Positions 1 to 14,000 of a stretch of DNA of 64,000 nucleotides are shown here, piece by piece. The notes beneath the pieces were generated by a model, which was given only the letters and a program-made list of their open reading frames with translations, was not told the origin of the DNA and did not search any database. Origin of the DNA: Auanema rhodensis (Eukaryota > Animalia > Nematoda); contig OZ059899.1 in the NCBI GenBank assembly GCA_964057225.1, positions 2,294,001 to 2,358,000 on the forward strand, read 5' to 3'. Each line of letters opens with the position of its first letter. The first letter of the stretch is position 1. Made by a program: the position numbers and the translations under genes.

Positions 1-80
1 AGTATAGTGCATTCGATGCGGATTTTTAAGCTGCGTCGATCTGTGTTATCAGATTTGCGCTAGCTTAAAAGTGCACCGAG

Positions 81-111
81 ATATCAACTGATATAAGTTC
101 ACACTTATATC
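81..111. other. Overlapping inverted repeats in the monomer
   Basis: GATATAAGT (90-98) / ACTTATATC (103-111) is a perfect 9-bp stem with a 4-nt loop; it overlaps an alternative ATATCA (81-86) / TGATAT (89-94) stem. Confidence 0.9.
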
Positions 112-213
112 CTCGATTTTCACCCTGAAGAATTAATTTTTTCGTTGAATAACATTCTCTATCGTCTTTGCCTTGAAAAATGGAATTTAAAAACATCTAC
201 TTTTTGCTAAATT

Positions 214-248
214 ATTTTGAAATTTTTCGAAAAAATTTTTGTCAAAAT
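214..248. other. AT-rich palindromic core of the monomer
   Basis: TTTTTCGAAAAA (223-234) is a perfect 12-bp palindrome, flanked by ATTTTGA (214-220) / TCAAAAT (242-248). Confidence 0.9.
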
Positions 249-261
249 GTTTTTGGAAGCA

Positions 262-289
262 ATGTTGAGTGTACATGGAAACTCAACAT
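262..289. other. Highly conserved inverted repeat in the monomer
   Basis: ATGTTGAGT (262-270) / ACTCAACAT (281-289) is a perfect 9-bp stem around the 10-nt spacer GTACATGGAA; I saw no variant in it when reading through the copies. Confidence 0.9.
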
Positions 290-372
290 ACACTAATGCA
301 TCATTTTTCAAACGATCATAACTAACTTTTGTATTAAGCTTTTCTCAATGTAGTATAGTGCATTCGATGCGG

Positions 373-423
373 ATTTTTAAGCTGCGTCGATCTGTGTTAT
401 CAGATTTGCGCTAGCTTAAAAAT
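373..423. other. Long imperfect inverted repeat (monomer pos 22-72; shown in M2), present in every monomer
   Basis: ATTTTTAAGCT (pos 22-32) is the reverse complement of AGCTTAAAAAT (62-72); GCG (33-35) pairs with CGC (58-60); ATCTG (39-43) pairs with CAGAT (50-54); loop TGTTAT. Common variants at pos 63 and 71 weaken the outer stem in some copies. Confidence 0.9.
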
Positions 424-3400
424 GCACCGAGATATCAACTGATATAAGTTCACACTTATATCCTCGATTTTCACCCTGAAGAATTGATTTTTTCGTTGAA
501 TAACATTGTCTATCGTCTTTGCCTTGAAAAATGGAATCTAAAAACATCTACTTTTTGCTAAATTATTTTGAAATTTTTCGAAAAAATTTTTGTCAAAATG
601 TTTTTGGAAGCAATGTTGAGTGTACATGGAAACTCAACATACACTAATGCATCATTTTTCAAACAATCATAACTAATTTGTGTATTAAGCGTTTCTTAAT
701 GTAGTATAGTGCATTCGATGCGGATTTTTAAGCTGCGTCGATCTGTGTTATCAGATTTGCGCTAGCTTAAAAATGCACCGAGATATCAACTGATATAAGT
801 TCACACTTATATCCTCGATTTTCACCCTGAAGAATTGATTTTTTCGTTGAATAACATTGTCTATCGTCTTTGCCTTGAAAAATGGAATCTAAAAACATCT
901 ACTTTTTGCTAAATTATTTTGAAATTTTTCGAAAAAATTTTTGTCAAAATGTTTTTGGAAGCAATGTTGAGTGTACATGGAAACTCAACATACACTAATG
1001 CATCATTTTTCAAACGATCATAACTAATTTTTGTATTAAGCTTTTCTCAATGTAGTATAGTGCATTCGATGCGGATTTTTAAGCTGCGTCGATCTGTGTT
1101 ATCAGATTTGCGCTAGCTTAAAAGTGCACCGAGATATCAACTGATATAAGTTCTCACTTATATCCTCGATTTTCACCCTGAAGAATTGATTTTTTCGTTG
1201 AATAACATTGTCTATCGTCTTTGCCTTGAAAAATGGAATCTAAAAACATCTACTTTTTGCTAAATTATTTTGAAATTTTTCGAAAAAATTTTTGTCAAAA
1301 TGTTTTTGGAAGCAATGTTGAGTGTACATGGAAACTCAACATACACTAATGCATCATTTTTCAAACAATCATAACTAATTTGTGTATTAAGCGTTTCTTA
1401 ATGTAGTATAGTGCATTCGATGCGGATTTTTAAGCTGCGTCGATCTGTGTTATCAGATTTGCGCTAGCTTAAAAATGCACCGAGATATCAACTGATATAA
1501 GTTCACACTTATATCCTCGATTTTCACCCTGAAGAATTGATTTTTTCGTTGAATAACATTGTCTATCGTATTTGCCTTGAGAAATGGAATCTAAAAACAT
1601 CTACTTTTTGCTAAATTATTTTGAAATTTTTCGAAAAAATTTTTGTCAAAATGTTTTTGGAAGCAATGTTGAGTGTACATGGAAACTCAACATACACTAA
1701 TGCATCATTTTTCAAACAATCATAACTAATTTGTGTATTAAGCGTTTCTCAATGTAGTATAGTGCATTCGATGCGGATTTTTAAGCTGCGTCGATCTGTG
1801 TTATCAGATTTGCGCTAGCTTAAAAATGCACCGAGATATCAACTGATATAAGTTCACACTTATATCCTCGATTTTCACCCTGAAGAATTAATTTTTTCGT
1901 TGAATAACATTGTCTATCGTCTTTGCCTTGAAAAATGGAATCTAAAAACATCTACTTTTTGCTAAATTATTTTGAAATTTTTCGAAAAAATTTTTGTCAA
2001 AATGTTTTTGGAAGCAATGTTGAGTGTACATGGAAACTCAACATACACTAATGCATCATTTTTCAAACGATCATAACTAATTTTTGTATCAAACGTTTCT
2101 CAATGTAGTATAAAGCATTCGATGCGGATTTTTAAGCTGCGTCGATCTGTGTTATCAGATTTGCGCTAGCTTAAAAATGCACCGAGATATCAACTGATAT
2201 AAGTTCACACTTATATCCTCGATTTTCACCCTGAACAATTAATTTTTTCGTTGAATAACATTGTCCATCGTCTTTGCCTTGAAAAAAGGAATCTAAAAAC
2301 ATCCACTTTTTGCTAAATTATTTTGAAATTTTTGGAAAAAATTTTTGTCAAAATGTTTTTGGAAGCAATGTTGAGTGTACATGGAAACTCAACATACACT
2401 AATGCATCATTTTTCAAACGATCATAACTAATTTTTGTATTAAGCGTTTCTCAATGTAGTATAGTGCATTCGATGCGGATTTTTAAGCTGCGTCGATCTG
2501 TGTTATCAGATTTGCGCTAGCTTAAAAATGCACCGAGATATCAACTGATATAAGTTCACACTTATATCCTCGATTTTCACCCTGAAGAATTAATTTTTTC
2601 GTTGAATAGCATTGTCCATCGTCTTTGCCTTGAAAAAAGGAATCTAAAAACATCTACTTTTTGCTAAATTATTTTGAAATTTTTCGAAAAAATTTTTGTC
2701 AAAATGTTTTTGGAAGCAATGTTGAGTGTACATGGAAACTCAACATACACTAATGCATCATTTTTCAAACGATCATAACTAATTTTTGTATCAAGCGTTT
2801 CTCGATGTAGTATAGTGCATTCGATGCGGATTTTTAAGCTGCGTCGATCTGTGTTATCAGATTTGCGCTAGCTTAAAAATGCACCGAGATATCAACTGAT
2901 ATAAGTTCACACTTATATCCTCGATTTTCACCCTGAAGAATTAATTTTTTCGTTGAATAACATTATCCATCGTCTTTGCCTTGAAAAATGGAATCTAAAA
3001 ACATCTACTTTTTGCTAAATTGTTTTGAAATTTTTCGAAAAAATTTTTGTCAAAATGTTTTTGGAAGCAATGTTGAGTGTACATGGAAACTCAACATACA
3101 CTAATGCATCATTTTTCAAACGATCATAACTAATTTTTGTATCAAGCGTTTCTCAATGTAGTATAGTGCATTCGATGCGGATTTTTAAGCTGCGTCGATC
3201 TGTGTTATCAGATTTGCGCTAACTTAAAAATGCACCGAGATATCAACTGATATAAGTTCACACTTATATCCTCGATTTTCACCCTGAAGAATTAATTTTT
3301 TCGTTGAATAACATTATCCATCGTCTTTGCCTTGAAAAATGGAATCTAAAAACATCTACTTTTTGCTAAATTATTTTGAAATTTTTCGAAAAAATTTTTG

Positions 3401-6400
3401 TCAAAATGTTTTTGGAAGCAATGTTGAGTGTACATGGAAACTCAACATACACTAATGCATCATTTTTCAAACGATCATAACTAATTTTTGTATCAAACGT
3501 TTCTCAATGTAGTATAGTGCATTCGATGCGGATTTTTAAGCTGCGTCGATCTGTGTTATCAGATTTGCGCTAGCTTAAAAATGCACCGAGATATCAACTG
3601 ATATAAGTTCACACTTATATCCTCGATTTTCACCCTGAAGAATTAATTTTTTCGTTGAATAGCATTGTCCATCGTCTTTGCCTTGAAAAAAGGAATCTAA
3701 AAACATCTACTTTTTGCTAAATTATTTTGAAATTTTTCGAAAAAATTTTTGTCAAAATGTTTTTGGAAGCAATGTTGAGTGTACATGGAAACTCAACATA
3801 CACTAATGCATCATTTTTCAAACGATCATAACTAATTTTTGTATCAAACGTTTCTCAATGTAGTATAGTGCATTCGATGCGGATTTTTAAGCTGCGTCGA
3901 TCTGTGTTATCAGATTTGCGCTAGCTTAAAAATGCACCGAGATATCAACTGATATAAGTTCACACTTATATCCTCGATTTTCACCCTGAAGAATTAATTT
4001 TTTCGTTGAATAGCATTGTCCATCGTCTTTGCCTTGAAAAAAGGAATCTAAAAACATCTACTTTTTGCTAAATTATTTTGAAATTTTTCGAAAAAATTTT
4101 TGTCAAAATGTTTTTGGAAGCAATGTTGAGTGTACATGGAAACTCAACATACACTAATGCATCATTTTTCAAACGATCATAACAAATTTTTGTATCAAGC
4201 GTTTCTCGATGTAGTATAGTGCATTCGATGCGGATTTTTAAGCTGCGTCGATCTGTGTTATCAGATTTGCGCTAGCTTAAAAATGCACCGAGATATCAAC
4301 TGATATAAGTTCACACTTATATCCTCGATTTTCACCCTGAAGAATTAATTTTTTCGTTGAATAGCATTGTCCATCGTCTTTGCCTTGAAAAAAGGAATCT
4401 AAAAACATCTACTTTTTGCTAAATTATTTTGAAATTTTTCGAAAAAATTTTTGTCAAAATGTTTTTGGAAGCAATGTTGAGTGTACATGGAAACTCAACA
4501 TACACTAATGCATCATTTTTCAAACGATCATAACTAATTTTTGTATCAAACGTTTCTCAATGTAGTATAGTGCATTCGATGCGGATTTTTAAGCTGCGTC
4601 GATCTGTGTTATCAGATTTGCGCTAGCTTAAAAATGCACCGAGATATCAACTGATATAAGTTCACACTTATATCCTCGATTTTCACCCTGAAGAATTAAT
4701 TTTTTCGTTGAATAGCATTGTCCATCGTCTTTGCCTTGAAAAAAGGAATCTAAAAACATCTACTTTTTGCTAAATTATTTTGAAATTTTTCGAAAAAATT
4801 TTTGTCAAAATGTTTTTGGAAGCAATGTTGAGTGTACATGGAAACTCAACATACACTAATGCATCATTTTTCAAACAATCATAACTATTTTGTGTATTAA
4901 GCGTTTCTTAATGTAGTATAGTGCATTCGATGCGGATTTTTAAGCTGCGTCGATCTGTGTTATCAGATTTGCGCTAGCTTAAAAATGCACCGAGATATCA
5001 ACTGATATAAGTTCACACTTATATCCTCGATTTTCACCCTGAAGAATTAATTTTTTCGTTGAATAACATTATCCATCGTCTTTGCCTTGAAAAATGGAAT
5101 CTAAAAACATCTACTTTTTGCTAAATTATTTTGAAATTTTTCGAAAAAATTTTTGTCAAAATGTTTTTGGAAGCAATGTTGAGTGTACATGGAAACTCAA
5201 CATACACTAATGCATCATTTTTCAAACGATCATAACTAATTTTTGTATCAAACGTTTCTCAATGTAGTATAGTGCATTCGATGCGGATTTTTAAGCTGCG
5301 TCGATCTGTGTTATCAGATTTGCGCTAGCTTAAAAATGCACCGAGATATCAACTGATATAAGTTCACACTTATATCCTCGATTTTCACCCTGAACAATTA
5401 ATTTTTTCGTTGAATAACATTGTCCATCGTCTTTGCCTTGAAAAAAGGAATCTAAAAACATCTACTTTTTGCTAAATTATTTTGAAATTTTCGGAAAAAA
5501 TTTTTGTCAAAATGTTTTTGGAAGCAATGTTGAGTGTACATGGAAACTCAACATACACTAATGCATCATTTTTCAAACGATCATAACTAATTTTTGTATC
5601 AAGCGTTTCTCGATGTAGTATAGTGCATTCGATGCGGATTTTTAAGCTGCGTCGATCTGTGTTATCAGATTTGCGCTAGCTTAAATATGCACCGAGATAT
5701 CAACTGATATAAGTTCACACTTATATCCTCGATTTTCACCCTGAAGAATTAATTTTTTCGTTGAATAACAATGTCCATCGTCTTTGCCTTGAAAAATGAA
5801 ATCTAAAAACATCTACTTTTTGCTAAATTATTTTGAAATTTTTCGAAAAAATTTTTGTCAAAATGTTTTTGGAAGCAATGTTGAGTGTACATGGAAACTC
5901 AACATACACTAATGCATCATTTTTCAAACAATCATAACTATTTTGTGTATTAAGCGTTTCTTAATGTAGTATAGTGCATTCGATGCGGATTTTTAAGCTG
6001 CGTCGATCTGTGTTATCAGATTTGCGCTAGCTTAAAAATGCACCGAGATATCAACTGATATAAGTTCACACTTATATCCTCGATTTTCACCCTAAACAAT
6101 TAATTTTTTCGTTGAATAACATTGTCTATCGTCTTTGCCTTGAAAAATGAAATCTAAAAACATCTACTTTTTGCTAAATTATTTTGAAATTTTTCGAAAA
6201 AATTTTTGTCAAAATGTTTTTGGAAGCAATGTTGAGTGTACATGGAAACTCAACATACACTAATGCATCATTTTTCAAACAATCATAACTATTTTGTGTA
6301 TTAAGCGTTTCTTAATGTAGTATAGTGCATTCGATGCGGATTTTTAAGCTGCGTCGATCTGTGTTATCAGATTTGCGCTAGCTTAAAAATGCACCGAGAT

Positions 6401-8073
6401 ATCAACTGATATAAGTTCACACTTATATCCTCGATTTTCACCCTGAAGAATTAATTTTTTCGTTGAATAACATTATCCATCGTCTTTGCCTTGAAAAATG
6501 GAATCTAAAAACATCTACTTTTTGCTAAATTATTTTGAAATTTTTCGAAAAAATTTTTGTCAAAATGTTTTTGGAAGCAATGTTGAGTGTACATGGAAAC
6601 TCAACATACACTAATGCATCATTTTTCAAACGATCATAACTAATTTTTGTATCAAACGTTTCTCAATGTAGTATAGTGCATTCGATGCGGATTTTTAAGC
6701 TGCGTCGATCTGTGTTATCAGATTTGCGCTAGCTTAAAAATGCACCGAGATATCAACTGATATAAGTTCACACTTATATCCTCGATTTTCACCCTGAACA
6801 ATTAATTTTTTCGTTGAATAACATTGTCCATCGTCTTTGCCTTGAAAAAAGGAATCTAAAAACATCTACTTTTTGCTAAATTATTTTGAAATTTTTGGAA
6901 AAAATTTTTGTCAAAATGTTTTTGGAAGCAATGTTGAGTGTACATGGAAACTCAACATACACTAATGCATCATTTTTCAAACGATCATAACTAATTTTTG
7001 TATCAAGCGTTTCTCGATGTAGTATAGTGCATTCGATGCGGATTTTTAAGCTGCGTCGATCTGTGTTATCAGATTTGCGCTAGCTTAAAAATGCACCGAG
7101 ATATCAACTGATATAAGTTCACACTTATATCCTCGATTTTCACCCTGAAGAATTAATTTTTTCGTTGAATAACATTGTCTATCGTCTTTGCCTTGAAAAA
7201 TGGAATCTAAAAACATCTACTTTTTGCTAAATTATTTTGAAATTTTTCGAAAAAATTTTTGTCAAAATGTTTTTGGAAGCAATGTTGAGTGTACATGGAA
7301 ACTCAACATACACTAATGCATCATTTTTCAAACGATCATAACTAATTTTTGTATTAAGCTTTTCTCAATGTAGTATAGTGCATTCGATGCGGATTTTTAA
7401 GCTGCGTCGATCTGTGTTATCAGATTTGCGCTAGCTTAAAAGTGCACCGAGATATCAACTGATATAAGTTCACACTTATATCCTCGATTTTCACCCTGAA
7501 GAATTAATTTTTTCGTTGAATAACATTGTCTATCGTCTTTGCCTTGAAAAATGAAATCTAAAAACATCTACTTTTTGCTAAATTATTTTGAAATTTTTCG
7601 AAAAAATTTTTGTCAAAATGTTTTTGGAAGCAATGTTGAGTGTACATGGAAACTCAACATACACTAATGCATCATTTTTCAAACGATCATAACTAATTTT
7701 TGTATCAAGCGTTTCTTAATGTAGTATAGTGCATTCGATGCGGATTTTTAAGCTGCGTCGATCTGTGTTATCAGATTTGCGCTAGCTTAAAAGTGCACCG
7801 AGATATCAACTGATATAAGTTCACACTTATATCCTCGATTTTCACCCTGAACAATTAATTTTTTCGTTGAATAACACTGTCTATCGTCTTTGCCTTGAAA
7901 AATGAAATCTAAAAACATCTACTTTTTGCTAAATTATTTTGAAATTTTTCGAAAAAATTTTTGTCAAAATGTTTTTGGAAGCAATGTTGAGTGTACATGG
8001 AAACTCAACATACACTAATGCATCATTTTTCAAACGATCATAACTAATTTTTGTATTAAGCGTTTCTCAATGT

Positions 8074-11000
8074 AGTATAGTGCATTCGATGCGGATTTTT
8101 AAGCTGCGTCGATCTGTGTTATCAGATTTGCGCTAGCTTAAAAATGCACCGAGATATCAACTGATATAAGTTCACACTTATATCCTCGATTTTCACCCTG
8201 GAGAAATAATTTTTTCGTTGAATAACATTATCCATCGTCTTTGCCTTGAAAAAAGGAATCTAAAAACATCTACTTTTTGCTAAATTATTTTGAAATTTTT
8301 CGAAAAAATTTTTGTCAAAATGTTTTTGGAAACAATGTTGAGTGTACATGGAAACTCAACATTCACTAATGCATCATTTTTCAAACGATCATAACTAATT
8401 TTTGTATTAAGCGTTTCTCAATGTAGTATAGTGCATTCGATGCGGATTTTTAAGCTGCGTCGATCTGTGTTATCAGATTTGCGCTACCTTAAAAATGCAC
8501 CGAGATATCAACTGATATAAGTTCACACTTATATCCTCGATTTTCACCCTGAAGAATTAATTTTTTCGTTGAATAACATTGTCTATCGTCTTTGCCTTGA
8601 AAAATGGAATCTAAAAACATCTACTTTTTGCTAAATTATTTTGAAATTTTTCGAAAAACTTTTTGTCAAAATGTTTTTGGAAGCAATGTTGAGTGTACAT
8701 GGAAACTCAACATACACTAATGCATCATTTTTCAAACGATCATAACTAATTTTTGTATTAAGCTTTTCTCAATGTAGTATAGTGCATTCGATGCGGATTT
8801 TTAAGCTGCGTCGATCTGTGTTATCAGATTTGCGCTAGCTTAAAAGTGCACCGAGATATCAACTGATATAAGTTCACACTTATATCCTCGATTTTCACCC
8901 TGAACAATTAATTTTTTCGTTGAATAACATTGTCTATCGTCTTTGCCTTGAAAAATGAAATCTAAAAACATCTACTTTTTGCTAAATTATTTTGAAATTT
9001 TTCGAAACAATTTTTGTCAAAATGTTTTTGGAAGCAATGTTGAGTGTACATGGAAACTCAACATACACTAATGCATCATTTTTCAAACAATCATAACTAT
9101 TTTGTGTATTAAGCGTTTCTTAATGTAGTATAGTGCATTCGATGCGGATTTTTAAGCTGCGTCGATCTGTGTTATCAGATTTGCGCTAGCTTAAAAATGC
9201 ACCGAGATATCAACTGATATAAGTTCACACTTATATCCTCGATTTTCACCCTGAAGAATTAATTTTTTCGTTGAATAACATTATCCATCGTCTTTGCCTT
9301 GAAAAATGGAATCTAAAAACATCTACTTTTTGCTAAATTATTTTGAAATTTTTCGAAAAAATTTTTGTCAAAATGTTTTTGGAAGCAATGTTGAGTGTAC
9401 ATGGAAACTCAACATACACTAATGCATCATTTTTCAAACGATCATAACTAATTTTTGTATCAAGCGTTTCTCAATGTAGTATAGTGCATTCGATGCGGAT
9501 TTTTAAGCTGCGTCGATCTGTGTTATCAGATTTGCGCTAACTTAAAAATGCACCGAGATATCAACTGATATAAGTTCACACTTATATCCTCGATTTTCAC
9601 CCTGAACAATTAATTTTTTCGTTGAATAACATTGTCTATCGTCTTTGCCTTGAAAAATGAAATCTAAAAACATCTACTTTTTGCTAAATTATTTTGAAAT
9701 TTTTCGAAAAAATTTTTGTCAAAATGTTTTTGGAAGCAATGTTGAGTGTACATGGAAACTCAACATACACTAATGCATCATTTTTCAAACGATCATAACT
9801 AATTTTTGTATCAAGCGTTTCTCGATGTAGTATAGTGCATTCGATGCGGATTTTTAAGCTGCGTCGATCTGTGTTATCAGATTTGCGCTAGCTTAAAAAT
9901 GCACCGAGATATCAACTGATATAAGTTCACACTTATATCCTCGATTTTCACCCTGGAGAAATAATTTTTTCGTTGAATAACATTATCCATCGTCTTTGCC
10001 TTGAAAAAAGGAATCTAAAAACATCTACTTTTTGCTAAATTATTTTGAAATTTTTCGAAAAAATTTTTGTCAAAATGTTTTTGGAAACAATGTTGAGTGT
10101 ACATGGAAACTCAACATTCACTAATGCATCATTTTTCAAACGATCATAACTAATTTTTGTATTAAGCGTTTCTCAATGTAGTATAGTGCATTCGATGCGG
10201 ATTTTTAAGCTGCGTCGATCTGTGTTATCAGATTTGCGCTAGCTTAAAAATGCACCGAGATATCAACTGATATAAGTTCACACTTATATCCTCGATTTTC
10301 ACCCTGAAGAATTAATTTTTTCGTTGAATAACATTGTCTATCGTCTTTGCCTTGAAAAATGGAATCTAAAAACATCTACTTTTTGCTAAATTATTTTGAA
10401 ATTTTTCGAAAAACTTTTTGTCAAAATGTTTTTGGAAGCAATGTTGAGTGTACATGGAAACTCAACATACACTAATGCATCATTTTTCAAACGATCATAA
10501 CTAATTTTTGTATTAAGCTTTTCTCAATGTAGTATAGTGCATTCGATGCGGATTTTTAAGCTGCGTCGATCTGTGTTATCAGATTTGCGCTAGCTTAAAA
10601 GTGCACCGAGATATCAACTGATATAAGTTCACACTTATATCCTCGATTTTCACCCTGAACAATTAATTTTTTCGTTGAATAACATTGTCTATCGTCTTTG
10701 CCTTGAAAAATGAAATCTAAAAACATCTACTTTTTGCTAAATTATTTTGAAATTTTTCGAAACAATTTTTGTCAAAATGTTTTTGGAAGCAATGTTGAGT
10801 GTACATGGAAACTCAACATACACTAATGCATCATTTTTCAAACAATCATAACTATTTTGTGTATTAAGCGTTTCTTAATGTAGTATAGTGCATTCGATGC
10901 GGATTTTTAAGCTGCGTCGATCTGTGTTATCAGATTTGCGCTAGCTTAAAAATGCACCGAGATATCAACTGATATAAGTTCACACTTATATCCTCGATTT

Positions 11001-14000
11001 TCACCCTGAAGAATTAATTTTTTCGTTGAATAACATTATCCATCGTCTTTGCCTTGAAAAATGGAATCTAAAAACATCTACTTTTTGCTAAATTATTTTG
11101 AAATTTTTCGAAAAAATTTTTGTCAAAATGTTTTTGGAAGCAATGTTGAGTGTACATGGAAACTCAACATACACTAATGCATCATTTTTCAAACGATCAT
11201 AACTAATTTTTGTATCAAGCGTTTCTCAATGTAGTATAGTGCATTCGATGCGGATTTTTAAGCTGCGTCGATCTGTGTTATCAGATTTGCGCTAACTTAA
11301 AAATGCACCGAGATATCAACTGATATAAGTTCACACTTATATCCTCGATTTTCACCCTGAACAATTAATTTTTTCGTTGAATAACATTGTCCATCGTCTT
11401 TGCCTTGAAAAATGGAATCTAAAAACATCTACTTTTTGCTAAATTATTTTGAAATTTTTCGAAAAAATTTTTGTCAAAATGTTTTTGGAAGCAATGTTGA
11501 GTGTACATGGAAACTCAACATACACTAATGCATCATTTTTCAAACGATCATAACTAATTTTTGTATCAAGCGTTTCTCGATGTAGTATAGTGCATTCGAT
11601 GCGGATTTTTAAGCTGCGTCGATCTGTGTTATCAGATTTGCGCTAGCTTAAAAATGCACCGAGATATCAAGTGATATAAGTTCACACTTATATCCTCGAT
11701 TTTCACCCTGAAGAATTGATTTTTTCGTTGAATAACATTGTCTATCGTCTTTGCCTTGAAAAATGGAATCTAAAAACATCTACTTTTTGCTAAATTATTT
11801 TGAAATTTTTCGAAAAAATTTTTGTCAAAATGTTTTTGGAAGCAATGTTGAGTGTACATGGAAACTCAACATACACTAATGCATCATTTTTCAAACAATC
11901 ATAACTAATTTGTGTATTAAGCGTTTCTTAATGTAGTATAGTGCATTCGATGCGGATTTTTAAGCTGCGTCGATCTGTGTTATCAGATTTGCGCTAGCTT
12001 AAAAATGCACCGAGATATCAACTGATATAAGTTCACACTTATATCCTCGATTTTCACCCTGAAGAATTGATTTTTTCGTTGAATAACATTGTCTATCGTC
12101 TTTGCCTTGAAAAATGGAATCTAAAAACATCTACTTTTTGCTAAATTATTTTGAAATTTTTCGAAAAAATTTTTGTCAAAATGTTTTTGGAAGCAATGTT
12201 GAGTGTACATGGAAACTCAACATACACTAATGCATCATTTTTCAAACGATCATAACTAATTTTTGTATTAAGCTTTTCTCAATGTAGTATAGTGCATTCG
12301 ATGCGGATTTTTAAGCTGCGTCGATCTGTGTTATCAGATTTGCGCTAGCTTAAAAGTGCACCGAGATATCAACTGATATAAGTTCACACTTATATCCTCG
12401 ATTTTCACCCTGAAGAATTAATTTTTTCGTTGAATAACATTGTCTATCGTCTTTGCCTTGAAAAATGGAATTTAAAAACATCTACTTTTTGCTAAATTAT
12501 TTTGAAATTTTTCGAAAAAATTTTTGTCAAAATGTTTTTGGAAGCAATGTTGAGTGTACATGGAAACTCAACATACACTAATGCATCATTTTTCAAACGA
12601 TCATAACTAATTTTTGTATTAAGCTTTTCTCAATGTAGTATAGTGCATTCGATGCGGATTTTTAAGCTGCGTCGATCTGTGTTATCAGATTTGCGCTAGC
12701 TTAAAAGTGCACCGAGATATCAACTGATATAAGTTCACACTTATATCCTCGATTTTCACCCTGAAGAATTAATTTTTTCGTTGAATAACATTCTCTATCG
12801 TCTTTGCCTTGAAAAATGGAATTTAAAAACATCTACTTTTTGCTAAATTATTTTGAAATTTTTCGAAAAAATTTTTGTCAAAATGTTTTTGGAAGCAATG
12901 TTGAGTGTACATGGAAACTCAACATACACTAATGCATCATTTTTCAAACGATCATAACTAACTTTTGTATTAAGCTTTTCTCAATGTAGTATAGTGCATT
13001 CGATGCGGATTTTTAAGCTGCGTCGATCTGTGTTATCAGATTTGCGCTAGCTTAAAAATGCACCGAGATATCAACTGATATAAGTTCACACTTATATCCT
13101 CGATTTTCACCCTGAAGAATTGATTTTTTCGTTGAATAACATTGTCTATCGTCTTTGCCTTGAAAAATGGAATCTAAAAACATCTACTTTTTGCTAAATT
13201 ATTTTGAAATTTTTCGAAAAAATTTTTGTCAAAATGTTTTTGGAAGCAATGTTGAGTGTACATGGAAACTCAACATACACTAATGCATCATTTTTCAAAC
13301 AATCATAACTAATTTGTGTATTAAGCGTTTCTTAATGTAGTATAGTGCATTCGATGCGGATTTTTAAGCTGCGTCGATCTGTGTTATCAGATTTGCGCTA
13401 GCTTAAAAATGCACCGAGATATCAACTGATATAAGTTCACACTTATATCCTCAATTTTCACCCTGAAGAATTGATTTTTTCGTTGAATAACATTGTCTAT
13501 CGTCTTTGCCTTGAAAAATGAAATCTAAAAACATCTACTTTTTGCTAAATTATTTTGAAATTTTTCGAAAAAATTTTTGTCAAAATGTTTTTGGAAGCAA
13601 TGTTGAGTGTACATGGAAACTCAACATACACTAATGCATCATTTTTCAAACGATCATAACTAATTTTTGTATTAAGCGTTTCTCAATGTAGTATAGTGCA
13701 TTCGATGCGGATTTTTAAGCTGCGTCGATCTGTGTTATCAGATTTGCGCTAGCTTAAAAATGCACCGAGATATCAACTGATATAAGTTCACACTTATATC
13801 CTCGATTTTCACCCTGGAGAAATAATTTTTTCGTTGAATAACATTATCCATCGTCTTTGCCTTGAAAAAAGGAATCTAAAAACATCTACTTTTTGCTAAA
13901 TTATTTTGAAATTTTTCGAAAAAATTTTTGTCAAAATGTTTTTGGAAACAATGTTGAGTGTACATGGAAACTCAACATTCACTAATGCATCATTTTTCAA

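Larger units (their letters stand above)
1..351. repeat. Representative 351-bp monomer (start point arbitrary)
   Basis: Hand count gives 109 G+C in 351 bp (31%); pos 1-130 is about 40% GC and pos 131-351 about 26% GC with many A4-6/T4-6 tracts. Confidence 0.98.

Noticed and set aside
90-142. Promoter (TATA-like) or intrinsic terminator signals
   Set aside because: TATAA and hairpin-plus-T-tract motifs are expected by chance in 69% AT repeat DNA, and no gene is associated.
140-156. CENP-B box-like motif TTTCGTTGAATAACATT
   Set aside because: It matches TTCG and the central A but lacks the essential CGGG (5 of 9 core bases), and pos 143-145 mutate in some copies.
176-254. Helically phased A-tract curvature
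   Set aside because: Tracts start at 176, 189, 201, 215, 223, 230, 236, 244 and 250; spacing is irregular (6-14 bp), not a clean 10.5-bp phase. A curvature calculation is needed before any claim.
1-351. Tandem 5S rRNA, tRNA, snRNA or SL RNA gene array
   Set aside because: No recognisable 5S sequence, cloverleaf, Pol III A/B/C boxes or spliced-leader sequence; an Infernal/Rfam scan would confirm.
1-351. Monomer as a dimer of about 175-bp subrepeats
   Set aside because: No direct similarity between the halves is visible by eye; internal similarity is inverted rather than direct.
1-351. Assignment to a named satellite family (Drosophila 359-bp, Tribolium or Pimelia ~350-360-bp satellites)
   Set aside because: Only length and AT content agree; I cannot confirm sequence homology without a search.
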